Part shown: piece after piece, positions 1 to 10,161 of the stretch
Layout: each line of letters opens with the position of its first letter
Position numbering within the stretch: the first letter of the stretch is position 1
Source of the DNA: Candidatus Saccharimonadota bacterium
GTDB lineage: Bacteria; Patescibacteriota; Saccharimonadia; Saccharimonadales; Saccharimonadaceae
DNA: 32,000 bases
Direction: 5' to 3'
NCBI GenBank assembly: GCA_049296095.1
Contig: JBAQRV010000001.1
Coordinates: 630,001-662,000, forward strand
Program-made: the position numbers and the translations under genes
The notes under the pieces: generated by a model
Databases searched by the model: none
The model's input: only the letters and a program-made list of their open reading frames with translations
What the model was told of the DNA's origin: nothing

Positions 1-2
1 GT

Positions 3-431
3 ATTACCAATGTTTATAAGTATGGTAACTACAACAAGAACTCCAATACCCATATCCTTACCGGCGAGTTAGTAAAAGATATAGCCGAGCAGTCCGAGCC
101 AGGCATTCCGATCATCGCCAGTTCACCATGGGTTTTCTATGAAGCAGTTCCTTACAGTACCGACGAGCATCCAGTCTATTTCATTGAGGCAAATACAGAT
201 TACATTTATGGCTCACTCGATATGCTGAAGTACCGAGATGATTACAAGATCAAGGATTTTGAAGCTTTCAAGAAACAGCATCCTGTCATCTGGTATATCG
301 GCATGACGGGCGATGAGGATGTGTCTCCTTATCAAGCATCTTGGGAAAAGATTCGAACCATCGCTCTGTATGATTATTTGAGCAAAAAAACCGAGTACCG
401 TGGTACCGAGTATAAACTTAGCGCGGAATAA
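3..431 (+). CDS. 3' fragment of an uncharacterised protein (start lies upstream of the window)
   Basis: Frame 3 is open from the window edge (ITNVYKYGNYNK...) through tracked ORF 222-431 to TAA 429-431. Soluble Tyr/Asp/Glu-rich sequence with no motif I can assign. Confidence 0.5.
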   Translation: MTNVYKYGNYNKNSNTHILTGELVKDIAEQSEPGIPIIASSPWVFYEAVPYSTDEHPVYFIEANTDYIYGSLDMLKYRDDYKIKDFEAFKKQHPVIWYIGMTGDEDVSPYQASWEKIRTIALYDYLSKKTEYRGTEYKLSAE

Positions 432-1530
432 TCTTCATCAAAAACTTGGTACGTACAGCCAAGTAAACAAGCCCTACCACACCAATCGAAATTGCTAGGT
501 TGATAAACCACCATTCGCTATCTAGTCCAAAGATGAGATTGGCAATGAAGACGACGAATGCCTGAACCGTATAGACATACAGCGAGTTTGTCCCAAACGG
601 CAACAAGATCCAGCCCGCGAAGCGGGTGATTTGCTTTTCAAAACGAGCGAATAGCCAGTACAGCGAACTGAACCAAAGAGCAAACAGAATGAGACGTGGA
701 ACAGGCAACTCATCCTTATTAAAGAGAGGACTGATGAGTTCGTCGTAGTGTTGCATGAGCGGACCAATTCCCGACCACTCATGCCCAAAGACAATAAAGA
801 CGTTAGCAATCAGTGTAACGATCGAGACGCTCGCAATCATACTGATAATGGTGTATCGGAATGCCTTTGAACGCTCAATCCACCATTTCTTCAGATTTTG
901 CCAGTGGAAGCCGAGAATGAAGCCGACAAAGAAGACAAGTTGCCAGCTAAGTGGTTGAGAGTACTCACCAGCTGGCATTGGACTGAATGAGTAGAGGGAC
1001 CAGATGATGACGCTAGTGAGCAGAACTATGTACCACAACCCTTTTCGAAGAAGCCAGAGTGCAATCGGGCTGAGAACAATAAATATCGCATAGAGACGGA
1101 GGTAATCTGCCCAGCCATAAATATATTGGAAGGTCAGCGTTTTCCAGATGAGGCCCCAGATATCACCGACCGGTTCGTAAATACCGTATTTCAAGCCAAC
1201 ATTATCCATAAACAACCAGCCGATCAAGGTGAAGAGAATGACAAGGATGATGCTGGTGATGTAGAGCTGGACGCCGCGTTTTAGCAATAGAGAAGCGGCG
1301 AGTTTAAATGGTTTATCAAGCAACTTCCGACCACGTACGATCCCAAGAACAATCCCCGATATGAGGAAGAAACCCTCGGCCGTCGAGGTATAGAGAATAC
1401 TTTCACCAGTAATCCATTCAAGGCCGCTAGGGTAGTAGTGCAGGTGATTGAGAATGATAACGAGGAGAAAGTAGCCGCGGAGTAAGTCGAGAGTGAGAAT
1501 GCGGTTGAGGGATTTGACGGCAGCTTTCAT
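418..1530 (-). CDS. OpgC / acyltransferase-3-like polytopic membrane protein
   Basis: 370 aa with many hydrophobic segments. The N-terminal LDLLRGYFLLVIILNHL motif is typical of OpgC/acyltransferase_3-type membrane acyltransferases. Its 3' end overlaps the converging upstream fragment by 14 nt. Confidence 0.6.
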   Translation of the reverse strand: MKAAVKSLNRILTLDLLRGYFLLVIILNHLHYYPSGLEWITGESILYTSTAEGFFLISGIVLGIVRGRKLLDKPFKLAASLLLKRGVQLYITSIILVILFTLIGWLFMDNVGLKYGIYEPVGDIWGLIWKTLTFQYIYGWADYLRLYAIFIVLSPIALWLLRKGLWYIVLLTSVIIWSLYSFSPMPAGEYSQPLSWQLVFFVGFILGFHWQNLKKWWIERSKAFRYTIISMIASVSIVTLIANVFIVFGHEWSGIGPLMQHYDELISPLFNKDELPVPRLILFALWFSSLYWLFARFEKQITRFAGWILLPFGTNSLYVYTVQAFVVFIANLIFGLDSEWWFINLAISIGVVGLVYLAVRTKFLMKIIPR

Positions 1531-1576
1531 GTTTTCCCATTATACCAACCCGAGACGTACGCTATACTGAGAATAT

Positions 1577-2032
1577 ATGGAACTTCCTTATCCTGCCCCA
1601 GATTTTACACTCCCCGACCTCGAGGGTAAGACGCATAGTCTCAAAGACTACACTGGCACATGGGTCATTCTTTATTTTTATCCAAAGGACGATACACCAG
1701 GCTGTACTGCCGAGGCCTGTAGCCTGCGTGATGCCCGCGATACTTTAGCAGAAATGGGTGCGGAAATCATTGGGGTGAGTAAGGATGACGCTAACAGTCA
1801 CGAGAAGTTTAAGGCAAAGTACTCACTCAACTTCACATTATTGACCGACGCCGAACATAAGGTGATTGAACGCTATGGTGCCTGGGGAAAGAAAATGTTT
1901 GGTAAGGAAGGTATCTTGCGCAAGACATTTATTATTGATCCGAAAGGTCAGGTTGTAAAAGTCTACGGACGAGTGACGCCGATGGGTCACGGCGAGCAAG
2001 TTATTGCAGACCTGAAGACATTACAGCAGTGA
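1577..2032 (+). CDS. bcp: thiol peroxidase / peroxiredoxin, Bcp (PrxQ) type
   Basis: 151 aa thioredoxin-fold protein with the peroxidatic-Cys motif YFYPKDDTPGCTAEAC. TATACT (1563-1568) lies 8 nt before the ATG and there is no SD. Confidence 0.9.
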   Translation: MELPYPAPDFTLPDLEGKTHSLKDYTGTWVILYFYPKDDTPGCTAEACSLRDARDTLAEMGAEIIGVSKDDANSHEKFKAKYSLNFTLLTDAEHKVIERYGAWGKKMFGKEGILRKTFIIDPKGQVVKVYGRVTPMGHGEQVIADLKTLQQ

Positions 2033-2850
2033 GCAACTATGTTATCGCAGTGAGCGGGGGGGTTGATTCAGTTGCTTTGCTCGATATGATGAGCAAACTC
2101 CCCAACCATTCTTTGGTTGTGGCGCATTTTGATCACGGCATTCGCGAGGAATCAGCTGACGATGCCGCATTTGTCCGTGCCTTAGCGGCTAGTTATGGCC
2201 TGCCGTTTGAATCACGTCGCGAAGCATTAGGCCCAAAGGCGAGCGAGGATAAGGCAAGAGCTCGCCGCTACCATTTCTTAACATCAGTTGCCAAGAAATA
2301 CGATGCCAAGATTGTGACCGCCCATCACGCAGACGATCTCATCGAAACGGTCGCCATTAATATGAAGCGCGGGACGGGTTGGCGAGGTCTGGCAGTGCTC
2401 GATTCTGAGGTAGTGCGTCCACTGCTTGATATGACAAAAGCAGAGCTCATCGAGTATGCGAAACGACGCAAACTTGAGTGGCGTGAAGATAGCACTAACG
2501 CAACCGATACCTATTTACGAAATCGAATCAGAAAAACTATTGCTGATTTGAGTGAAGACGACAAGCGCCAACTACTCGCCCTTCGGGCCCACCAAAAACA
2601 CACAAAGAAGGAGATTGATGAAGAGGTGAGACGACTGATAGGGAAAGGCCCACTGTATAGTCGTTATTTTTTCACTCATGTTCCGAAATCGGTTGCGTTG
2701 GAATGTCTAAGAGAGGTAGCAAAGGCGCAATTAACACGCCCACAGCTCGAACGGGCACTTCTGGCGATCAAAACGGCAGCCCCTGGGAGTGTCCATCAAG
2801 CAGGAAGTGGTGTTTCCCTCCGTTTCACCTCTCGTAATTTTTCGGTCTAA
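2029..2850 (+). CDS. tilS: tRNA(Ile)-lysidine synthetase, short form
   Basis: PP-loop SGGVDS near the N-terminus, plus HFDHGIR and AHHADD motifs. The GTG start overlaps the bcp stop (GTGA). At 273 aa it lacks the long C-terminal domain of E. coli-type TilS. Confidence 0.85.
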   Translation: MSNYVIAVSGGVDSVALLDMMSKLPNHSLVVAHFDHGIREESADDAAFVRALAASYGLPFESRREALGPKASEDKARARRYHFLTSVAKKYDAKIVTAHHADDLIETVAINMKRGTGWRGLAVLDSEVVRPLLDMTKAELIEYAKRRKLEWREDSTNATDTYLRNRIRKTIADLSEDDKRQLLALRAHQKHTKKEIDEEVRRLIGKGPLYSRYFFTHVPKSVALECLREVAKAQLTRPQLERALLAIKTAAPGSVHQAGSGVSLRFTSRNFSV

Positions 2851-2913
2851 CTGATAAAATTAATAGAGACAACTGTAGTATCTACTGATGACCCGAAAGG
2901 AAGATAATTTTTT

Positions 2914-4773
2914 ATGGCTATGAAGTCCCCGCTCCCAAAGAAGAAACCTAACAATATTCTGAGACTGACCTTATTTTGGGCAATCTTAGTGTTTGGTGTA
3001 TTGATCGCCATTGCTGTCACAACACCGCACGATAATCTAAAATCAGTTGCTTTATCGGATGTTATCAAGCGAGCTAATGAAGGTCAGATTACCAAGATTG
3101 AAGTCCAAGGTAATGAGTTGAAGGTGACGCCTGAAGGCAATGACAAACCGACAGAAAAATCGACCAAGGATGGTGCGAGTAGCCTCCAGGAGCAAGGTCT
3201 TAATAAAGATGCGCCAGTAGAGTTGGTGATTAGCCAGCCTTCTAATACCGGTGACATTCTATGGAACCTAGCGATTATCATTATTCCAGTTATTTTGATT
3301 GCCGCCTTCTTTATGTTTATGATGCGTCAAGCACAAGGACAGAACAATCAAGCACTTGGCTTTGGGAAATCGAAAGCAAAACTGTACGGTGAGGACAAAA
3401 CGAAGGTCGTGTTCGCTGACATTGCTGGAAATGATAATGCCAAGCAGGACCTTGAAGAAGTCGTCGATTTCCTCAAGCATCCAAAGAAATATGAAAGCCT
3501 CGGAGCGAAAATTCCAAAGGGTGTGCTGTTAGTTGGTAACCCGGGTACTGGTAAGACGATGCTGGCCCGCGCAGTTGCTGGTGAGGCGAATGTCCCCTTC
3601 TTTAGCATCAGTGGTTCTGAGTTCGTTGAAATGTTTGTTGGTGTCGGTGCCTCGCGTGTTCGTGATTTGTTTGCGAAGGCGAAAAAGAATGCCCCAGCGA
3701 TTATCTTTATCGATGAGATTGATGCGGTTGGTCGTAAGCGTGGTTCAGGAATGGGCGGCGGTCACGATGAACGTGAGCAAACCCTAAACCAGATCTTGGT
3801 TGAGATGGACGGATTTGAAACTGGCACAAATGTGATTGTCCTAGCGGCAACAAACCGTGCTGACGTCCTTGACCCAGCACTGCTTCGTCCAGGTCGTTTC
3901 GACCGACGAACTAATATCACTTTACCTGAGCGAAAAGACCGCGAAGCTATTTTGAAGGTTCACTTCAAGAACAAGCCAGCCGATGACACAGTCAATCTTG
4001 ATAAGCTGGCGGCGAAAACCGCTGGTTCGTCTGGTGCGGATCTTGCAAACATTGCCAATGAAGCAGCGATTGTGGCGGCACGACGTAACTCAAAGAAGAT
4101 TAGCAACAAAGATCTCACTGAAGCATTTGAAAAGGTAGCGATTGGTCCAGAACGAAAAGCCAAGGTCATGAACGACGAAGAAAAGGAAATGACCGCCTAC
4201 CACGAGGCTGGTCACGCGATTGTTGGTCATGTACTTCCACACAGTGACCCTGTGCACAAGGTGACGATCATCCCACGTGGTGGCACTGGTGGTGTGACGT
4301 GGTTCTTGCCACCTGAGGACAAGAGTTATACCAGCTTGGTTGAATTTAAAGATATCCTCGCTCGTGCGCTTGGTGGTCGTGTTGCCGAAAAGATTATTTA
4401 CGGTAAAGATCAGATTACGACTGGTGCTGGTTCGGATCTTCGAAAGGCAACTGAAATTGCTCGTGACATGATCCGTGAACAAGGCATGGGCACAAAGCTA
4501 CGCGACCAGGTCTTCCACGAAGACAATGGTGGCATGATGTTTGATCGCATGACTCACGACCGTCCATACAGTGATGATACCGCCAAAGAGATTGATATTG
4601 AGGTTGCTGAGCTCATTAAGGAGGCTGCTAAACGAGCTGAAGCAGTCATTACTGCCAATATGCCGAGCCTTAAGAAACTAGCTGATGCACTTTTGAAAGA
4701 AGAGACCGTCGAAGAAGACCGTGTTCTTGAACTGCTGAAGGGTACAAAACTACCTAAGGAGGCCCAGCTCTAA
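2914..4773 (+). CDS. ftsH: ATP-dependent zinc metalloprotease FtsH
   Basis: N-terminal TM segments, Walker A GNPGTGKT, Walker [12 protein letters not shown] region, and zinc site [19 protein letters not shown] lies upstream. Confidence 0.97.
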   Translation: MAMKSPLPKKKPNNILRLTLFWAILVFGVLIAIAVTTPHDNLKSVALSDVIKRANEGQITKIEVQGNELKVTPEGNDKPTEKSTKDGASSLQEQGLNKDAPVELVISQPSNTGDILWNLAIIIIPVILIAAFFMFMMRQAQGQNNQALGFGKSKAKLYGEDKTKVVFADIAGNDNAKQDLEEVVDFLKHPKKYESLGAKIPKGVLLVGNPGTGKTMLARAVAGEANVPFFSISGSEFVEMFVGVGASRVRDLFAKAKKNAPAIIFIDEIDAVGRKRGSGMGGGHDEREQTLNQILVEMDGFETGTNVIVLAATNRADVLDPALLRPGRFDRRTNITLPERKDREAILKVHFKNKPADDTVNLDKLAAKTAGSSGADLANIANEAAIVAARRNSKKISNKDLTEAFEKVAIGPERKAKVMNDEEKEMTAYHEAGHAIVGHVLPHSDPVHKVTIIPRGGTGGVTWFLPPEDKSYTSLVEFKDILARALGGRVAEKIIYGKDQITTGAGSDLRKATEIARDMIREQGMGTKLRDQVFHEDNGGMMFDRMTHDRPYSDDTAKEIDIEVAELIKEAAKRAEAVITANMPSLKKLADALLKEETVEEDRVLELLKGTKLPKEAQL

Positions 4774-4797
4774 CAGGCGCCGTGCGGCTTTTTCATT

Positions 4798-6426
4798 ATG
4801 ATAAGTTTCCGGATGACTTTCTCAAAGCTCAATAAGAAGCTGCCGCTACGGTTAGCGGCTTCTTTATTGGCGGGGTCATCCTTGGTTGCGAGCCTGTTGG
4901 GATTGTTTAGAGACAGGTACTTCAATAGTCTGTATTACCTGACATACCCGAGCGGTGCTGATGCTTACGCGGTTGCGTTTACGGTGCCAGATTTTATGTT
5001 CGTGATTCTGGTCTCTGGAGCCTTGAGTGTGAGTTTCATCCCTGTTTTTAATCAGCGCCTTGTATCAGGAAACAAGAAATCAGCCTGGGAACTTTCGACG
5101 AGCATCATGAACTTAATGGCACTGGCGACTTTTATAGCCAGTATTTTAATTATTATCTTTGCTGAGCCTTTGGTGCAATACGTGGTTGGTCCTGGTCTCG
5201 ATGAGTCCAGTCGCTCACTGGCGGTTAGTATGATGCGGGTGATTGCGGTTAGTCCAATGCTATTCGCGGTGGCAACGGTCATTACAAGTATGCAGCAGGC
5301 GGTCGGGCGATTTGCTTTCTTTGCGCTCGCCCCAGCGATCTATAATATCGGTATCATTATTGGCTTGCTCGTCTTTACTAACGGCATTAATCTATTTGGT
5401 TGGCAGGTCTTTGAAGGCGGCATTATGGGTGTTGCTCTCGGTGTCGTGCTCGGTGCAATCTTGCAGCTGATCGTCAGTACCTTTGGACTGTTTGGCATGG
5501 GATTTGATTATAGGTTTAAAATCTTCTGGAAAAACAAAGGCTTCCGACAAGTACTGCGTTTATTGCCTCCACGGTCACTTGATCAAGGGATCGACTATGT
5601 GAATAGCATTGTTGAGACGAACTTGGCATCTCGCTTTATCGCTGGTAGCGTCCTTGCCTATAAACAAGTGACATCACTAACCTATGTACCAATTAACTTA
5701 ATTGGCGTCGCGATTAGTACTGCTGCGTACCCAAAAATGACCGAGCGTATCGCCGAGGGTCGACCTGACCTATTCAAACTCGAGTTGCAGTCTGTCCTGC
5801 GGGTAATTATTTGGCTCGCCCTACCAGTCACAGTGATAGCTATCTTTGGGCGTGGCTATATCATCAACTTTATCGTTAACGGGGGAGACCCGTACATGTC
5901 GAGTATTTTAGCAATCTTGGCGGTTTCGATTTTATTCCGATCGATTTACTTTATATCGGCACGGAGTTTCTATGCACAGCAAGACACCAAGACGCCATTG
6001 TATATATCGCTCTTTACGATTGCGCTTAATATCACACTGGCAATTTGGTTTTCTCTCACGCTCGGCATGGGTGTTCACGGGCTAGCCTGGGCAGCGGTGA
6101 CTGTGTCAATTGTTGAGGTCGGCATCTTATTCTACCTGATGTCGAAACGTATTAAAGGCTTGTTCGACAAGCGATTCCTCAGTGCGATTGGCAGAATGGC
6201 AAGCGCAGCTGGCTTTATGGCTGTCGTGACTTACTTCACAGTCGCAATGTTGCCACTGAGTGCAACCGACCAGCGCTTCTTTGATTCCTTCCCGAAGTTT
6301 GTATTGATCGGTGGTATTAGCGCGCTCACCTACCTGCTGTTTAGTTACCTGTTTAAGCTAAAAGAGGTAGATCCAGTATTCAATCGAATCCGTAAAATAT
6401 TGTTTCAGCGTCCAGGGAAAGAATAA
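4798..6426 (+). CDS. murJ: lipid II flippase MurJ (MOP/MVF family)
   Basis: 542 aa with about 14 hydrophobic segments. N-terminal SLLGLFRDRYFNSLY resembles the MurJ signature (lGlvRd...a..fG). The start could instead be Met6 (4813). Confidence 0.8.
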   Translation: MISFRMTFSKLNKKLPLRLAASLLAGSSLVASLLGLFRDRYFNSLYYLTYPSGADAYAVAFTVPDFMFVILVSGALSVSFIPVFNQRLVSGNKKSAWELSTSIMNLMALATFIASILIIIFAEPLVQYVVGPGLDESSRSLAVSMMRVIAVSPMLFAVATVITSMQQAVGRFAFFALAPAIYNIGIIIGLLVFTNGINLFGWQVFEGGIMGVALGVVLGAILQLIVSTFGLFGMGFDYRFKIFWKNKGFRQVLRLLPPRSLDQGIDYVNSIVETNLASRFIAGSVLAYKQVTSLTYVPINLIGVAISTAAYPKMTERIAEGRPDLFKLELQSVLRVIIWLALPVTVIAIFGRGYIINFIVNGGDPYMSSILAILAVSILFRSIYFISARSFYAQQDTKTPLYISLFTIALNITLAIWFSLTLGMGVHGLAWAAVTVSIVEVGILFYLMSKRIKGLFDKRFLSAIGRMASAAGFMAVVTYFTVAMLPLSATDQRFFDSFPKFVLIGGISALTYLLFSYLFKLKEVDPVFNRIRKILFQRPGKE

Positions 6427-8204
6427 TGACTCAAGACCACATTCGTAATTTCTGTATTATTGCTCACATTGACCATGGTAAATCAACGCTGGCTGATCGT
6501 ATGCTTGAGCTGACAGGCACAGTTCAAAAACGTGACATGAAATCACAGCTACTCGATAGTATGGAGCTCGAGCGAGAAAAAGGTATCACTATCAAACTTG
6601 CCCCAGTCCGCATGAAGTACAAGGGCTTTGATTTGAATCTCATCGATACGCCAGGACATGTCGACTTTAGTTACGAAGTCAGTCGATCTTTGCAGGCCTG
6701 TGAAAGCGCGATTTTGGTGGTTGATGCGAGTCAAGGGATCCAAGCGCAGACGCTGGCAAACGTCTATTTGGCGCTGGCGGCGGACCTGACAATCATTCCT
6801 GTGCTAAACAAGATTGATCTGCCGGCGGCGGATGTGCCACGGGTGAGTGCGGAAATTATTAATCTTTTAGGCTGTAAGGAAGAGGACATCCTCAAGATCA
6901 GTGCCAAGACGGGCGAGGGTGTCTTGGAGGTACTCGATGAAGTTATCGAACGATCCGCACCACCGCAAGGTGATGTTGAGAAGCCAACCCGAGCGCTTAT
7001 TTTTGATAGTTACTACGACGATTATCGCGGAGTAATTTTGTATGTTCGTGTTGTCGATGGGGCCATTAAAAAGGGCGACATTATCGAGATGATGGCGACG
7101 AATGCGAATGGTATTGCGCTCGAGGTCGGATCACTCCAGCCTGTTATGACTGCGGGTAGTGATCTTTCGACTGGTGAGATTGGCTACGTCGTGACCAACC
7201 TTCGTACGACTCGCGAAGCTCGCGTTGGTGATACCGTGACGACAAAACGTTCGCACACCGATGAACAATTGCCTGGGTATAAATTAGTGAAACCGTTTGT
7301 ATATGCTGGTTTCTTTCCGGTCAGCAATGATGAATACCAGGATCTGAAGGATGCGATCGAGAAGTTAAGTTTGAGTGATTCGGCATTGCAGTTCGAACCA
7401 GAAAATTCGCCAGTGCTTGGCTTTGGGGTTCGCATTGGGTTCCTCGGATTGTTGCACATGGATATTATCCGTGAACGTTTGGAGCGGGAATATAACTTGG
7501 ATCTCGTTGTGACGAACCCTTCGACCGATTATCAAGTCACTCTGTCATCTGGCGAAGAACTTGACATCAAGAGCGCCAGTGAGCTGCCTGATGTCAGTAA
7601 GGTAAAAGAAATTAAAGAACCATGGATTAATGGTGAGATCGTCGTGCCACAAAGCTACATTGGTGGCGTGTTGCAGTTAATCGTTAACAAGCGTGGGCTG
7701 CAAACAAACCTTAGTTATATCGATGAGCGGGCTTTAATTAGTTTCCAGGCGCCACTTGCGAATCTTTTGACTGACTTTTATGACCAATTGAAATCAATTA
7801 CTAGTGGCTATGGTTCGTTTAATTATGAACTAGATAATTACCGAGCCGAGGATCTTGTTCGAATTGATTTCTATGTGGCCGGGGAAATGATCGATGCTCT
7901 CAGTGTCATGGCGCACCGATCAGAAGCACAGTCGCTTGGCCGTGTGGTTGTCGATAAGTTGAAGGAAGTGATCCCGCGTCAGAATTTCCAGGTTGCTTTG
8001 CAGGCGGCGATTGGTGGTAAGTTTATTGCTCGAGCTGACCTCTCTGCCTATCGAAAAGATGTGACAACGGGTTTGTATGGTGGGGATGTTTCTCGAAAGA
8101 AGAAAGTGCTTGCTAAGCAAGCTAAAGGAAAAAAGCGCATGAAGCGCTTTGGGAAAGTGGATATTCCTTCTGAGGCTTTTACTGTGATGCTAAAGCGCGA
8201 CTGA
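6426..8204 (+). CDS. lepA: translation elongation factor 4 (LepA)
   Basis: GTPase motifs AHIDHGKST, DTPGH and NKID, plus the LepA-specific C-terminal domain ending KKRMKRFGKVDIPSEAF. The ATG overlaps the murJ stop (TAATG). Confidence 0.97.
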   Translation: MTQDHIRNFCIIAHIDHGKSTLADRMLELTGTVQKRDMKSQLLDSMELEREKGITIKLAPVRMKYKGFDLNLIDTPGHVDFSYEVSRSLQACESAILVVDASQGIQAQTLANVYLALAADLTIIPVLNKIDLPAADVPRVSAEIINLLGCKEEDILKISAKTGEGVLEVLDEVIERSAPPQGDVEKPTRALIFDSYYDDYRGVILYVRVVDGAIKKGDIIEMMATNANGIALEVGSLQPVMTAGSDLSTGEIGYVVTNLRTTREARVGDTVTTKRSHTDEQLPGYKLVKPFVYAGFFPVSNDEYQDLKDAIEKLSLSDSALQFEPENSPVLGFGVRIGFLGLLHMDIIRERLEREYNLDLVVTNPSTDYQVTLSSGEELDIKSASELPDVSKVKEIKEPWINGEIVVPQSYIGGVLQLIVNKRGLQTNLSYIDERALISFQAPLANLLTDFYDQLKSITSGYGSFNYELDNYRAEDLVRIDFYVAGEMIDALSVMAHRSEAQSLGRVVVDKLKEVIPRQNFQVALQAAIGGKFIARADLSAYRKDVTTGLYGGDVSRKKKVLAKQAKGKKRMKRFGKVDIPSEAFTVMLKRD

Positions 8205-8805
8205 TCAACCCCTCGAGGATTACTCTTTCGACTTCTTCTTTTGATAAACTTGCATCCACTTCGATCAGCAATCCGCGATCGCGATAATACTCAACGACCG
8301 GTTTGGTCTTGGTATTGAACTCTTCGATACGGGTCAAGATCTTTTCTTTACTGTCATCTTCACGAATACCACGTTCAACAGCATTTTCTTCAAGATCGAG
8401 TCGTTGAATCGCAATTGCTTTATCAAGCGCAAGATAGACAACAGCCTTTAGCGGGTGGTTTGATTCTTCAAGGGCTCCGATTACACCCTCTTCTTCACCA
8501 TGCCAGCGCCCAACCGAGCTGAGCATAAGAGGGTGACCAGCAAACTCGGGCTTTTTTAGATAAGGGAGAACGATGTCAATAAAATCTTGCGTTGGAGCAA
8601 GCTCGCCACGATCAATAAGGGCTTTTGCTTTTTGAGGAATGACGCTATGACGAAAAATGTCGCCACTACTGAGCACTATTCCGTCGAGTCTTTCGGCAAG
8701 TCGTCTTGCTTGACTATCTTTGCCAGCAAATGGTAAACCAAAGAAATTAATCGCACCCGAACCGAGCCAATCTTTAATTTGTGGTGTCTTTTCAAATTCA
8801 ATCAT
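8179..8805 (-). CDS. adenylate kinase-family nucleoside monophosphate kinase (divergent P-loop)
   Basis: 208 aa. FGLPFAGKDSQARRLAERL plus LSSGDIFR match the Adk P-loop and NMP-binding layout, but the P-loop differs from GxPGxGKGT. TATACT (8819-8814) lies 8 nt before the ATG. The 3' end overlaps lepA by 26 nt. Confidence 0.65.
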   Translation of the reverse strand: MIEFEKTPQIKDWLGSGAINFFGLPFAGKDSQARRLAERLDGIVLSSGDIFRHSVIPQKAKALIDRGELAPTQDFIDIVLPYLKKPEFAGHPLMLSSVGRWHGEEEGVIGALEESNHPLKAVVYLALDKAIAIQRLDLEENAVERGIREDDSKEKILTRIEEFNTKTKPVVEYYRDRGLLIEVDASLSKEEVERVILEGLISRALASQ

Positions 8806-8853
8806 TTTGATGAAGTATAGGGGAGCGTCGAACTGATTGCAAGTTTCCTGTGA

Positions 8854-8893
8854 CTAGCACTCATTGACACAGAGTGCCAAAACACGGTAAAAT
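8854..8893 (+). promoter_or_regulatory. CIRCE operator fused to the hrcA promoter
   Basis: cTAGCACTC-attgacaca-GAGTGCcAA (8854-8880) fits the consensus TTAGCACTC-N9-GAGTGCTAA. TTGACA (8864-8869) sits inside the spacer, and TAAAAT (8888-8893) follows 18 nt later, 6 nt before ATG 8900. Confidence 0.85.
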
Positions 8894-8899
8894 ACAGAT

Positions 8900-9610
8900 A
8901 TGACAGATCGCCAAAGAGAGATTTTAGCTGCGATTATTGAGCAGCATGCCGAGATCGCGGCGCCCGTAGGGAGTGTTATGCTCGCCAAGCTTTTTGGCGT
9001 CTCAAGCGCGACGATTCGTAGTGAAATGGTTCGTCTGGAAGAAATGGGTCTGATTGAACAGCCTCACACCAGTGCTGGACGCATCCCGACCGACGCAGGC
9101 TATCGTTTTTATGTAAATAGCTTAAATGAATCTCACGCTAATGACCCGCAATTATTACTCGATCGCAGTGCGAGAGCGATTGAGGCGCGCGTTAATACTC
9201 ATTCAGACCGAGCTGACCGAGCGATTCGAAGTGCGGTTGATAGTCTGGTAGAGTTAACGCAGAATATGGGAATTGCGACGATTGGCGATGAATTATATAT
9301 GAGCGGTATTGGTAATCTGTTCTCTCAGCCAGAGTTTTTACAAGGAAACCATGCACAGGCGGTGGCCCGTCTACTCGATAACTTAGAGCCTTGGCTCCGC
9401 GAGGCAGCGCCGAACGAGCCATTGAATGTCTATATCGGCTCAGAGAATCCAATTGGTAAATCGAGCGGTGCGACACTGATTATTAGTCGTTTCCGTTCGC
9501 CGTACAGTGACAGTAGCTATATTGGCGTTATCGGTCCGACGCGCCAGAGCTATGCAAAGGTGATGCGCCTGGTGCGACATACTGGGGCAATGTTAGAGGA
9601 GGTATTATAA
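8900..9610 (+). CDS. hrcA: heat-inducible transcription repressor HrcA (short, 236 aa)
   Basis: The N-terminal winged helix (REILAAIIEQH...SSATIRSEMVRLEEMGLIEQPHTSAGRIPTDAGYRFYV) is diagnostic of HrcA. It sits next to a CIRCE site and grpE. Confidence 0.85.
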   Translation: MTDRQREILAAIIEQHAEIAAPVGSVMLAKLFGVSSATIRSEMVRLEEMGLIEQPHTSAGRIPTDAGYRFYVNSLNESHANDPQLLLDRSARAIEARVNTHSDRADRAIRSAVDSLVELTQNMGIATIGDELYMSGIGNLFSQPEFLQGNHAQAVARLLDNLEPWLREAAPNEPLNVYIGSENPIGKSSGATLIISRFRSPYSDSSYIGVIGPTRQSYAKVMRLVRHTGAMLEEVL

Positions 9611-9611
9611 T

Positions 9612-10076
9612 ATGGCAAAAAGTAAGGCACAGATTGAACTTGAAGAAAAAGTAGGCGAATTAACACTCGATCTTCAGCGCACTCGGGCAGATTTTGAAAA
9701 CTACCGCAAGCGTGTCGATGCCGAAAAGCAAGCAGCGCGAGACATGGGTCAGGCGAGTGCTATTTTGAAGCTTCTTCCAGTTATTGATAATATTGAGCGA
9801 GCGATTGCGTATACACCAGAGGAGTTGAAAGACAACTCGTGGGTACAGAGTGTTTCTGGGCTCGTTAAACACCTAGAAAAATCTCTCGAAAGTCTTCATC
9901 TAGTGCGTATTGATGCAAAGCCAGGAACCCCATTTAATCCAGAGCTTCATGAGGCTATTCAGTTTGATGAAGATGCAACTGGCGAACAAGAAGTGATCGC
10001 CGAGGAATTACAGGCAGGTTATATGCTAGGTGGAAATGTTATTCGGCATGCAATGGTGAAGGTGACGCGACAATAA
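9612..10076 (+). CDS. grpE: nucleotide exchange factor GrpE
   Basis: RTRADFENYRKR motif, coiled-coil N-terminal part and a C-terminal beta domain (HEAI...V.KGY..G..V.R.A.V.V pattern). It starts 1 nt after the hrcA stop. Confidence 0.9.
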   Translation: MAKSKAQIELEEKVGELTLDLQRTRADFENYRKRVDAEKQAARDMGQASAILKLLPVIDNIERAIAYTPEELKDNSWVQSVSGLVKHLEKSLESLHLVRIDAKPGTPFNPELHEAIQFDEDATGEQEVIAEELQAGYMLGGNVIRHAMVKVTRQ

Positions 10077-10081
10077 AGAAA

Positions 10082-10105
10082 AGCGCCCGAGATGGGCGCT
10101 TTTAA
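10082..10105 (+). terminator. rho-independent terminator of hrcA-grpE
   Basis: AGCGCCC-gagat-GGGCGCT is a 7-bp GC-rich stem followed by TTT, 6 nt after the grpE stop. Confidence 0.75.
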
Positions 10106-10109
10106 GATC

Positions 10110-10156
10110 GTGTTGATGTGAGCAGAGAAAGTACTAGGTCCTGCCCACATCAACAC
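10110..10156 (-). terminator. 11-bp perfect inverted repeat downstream of the high-GC ORF (possible terminator or island boundary)
   Basis: GTGTTGATGTG (10110-10120) and CACATCAACAC (10146-10156) are separated by 25 nt. The repeat lies 6 nt beyond the stop of CDS 10162-10515 and has no clear U-tract. Confidence 0.4.
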
Positions 10157-10161
10157 TGTTC

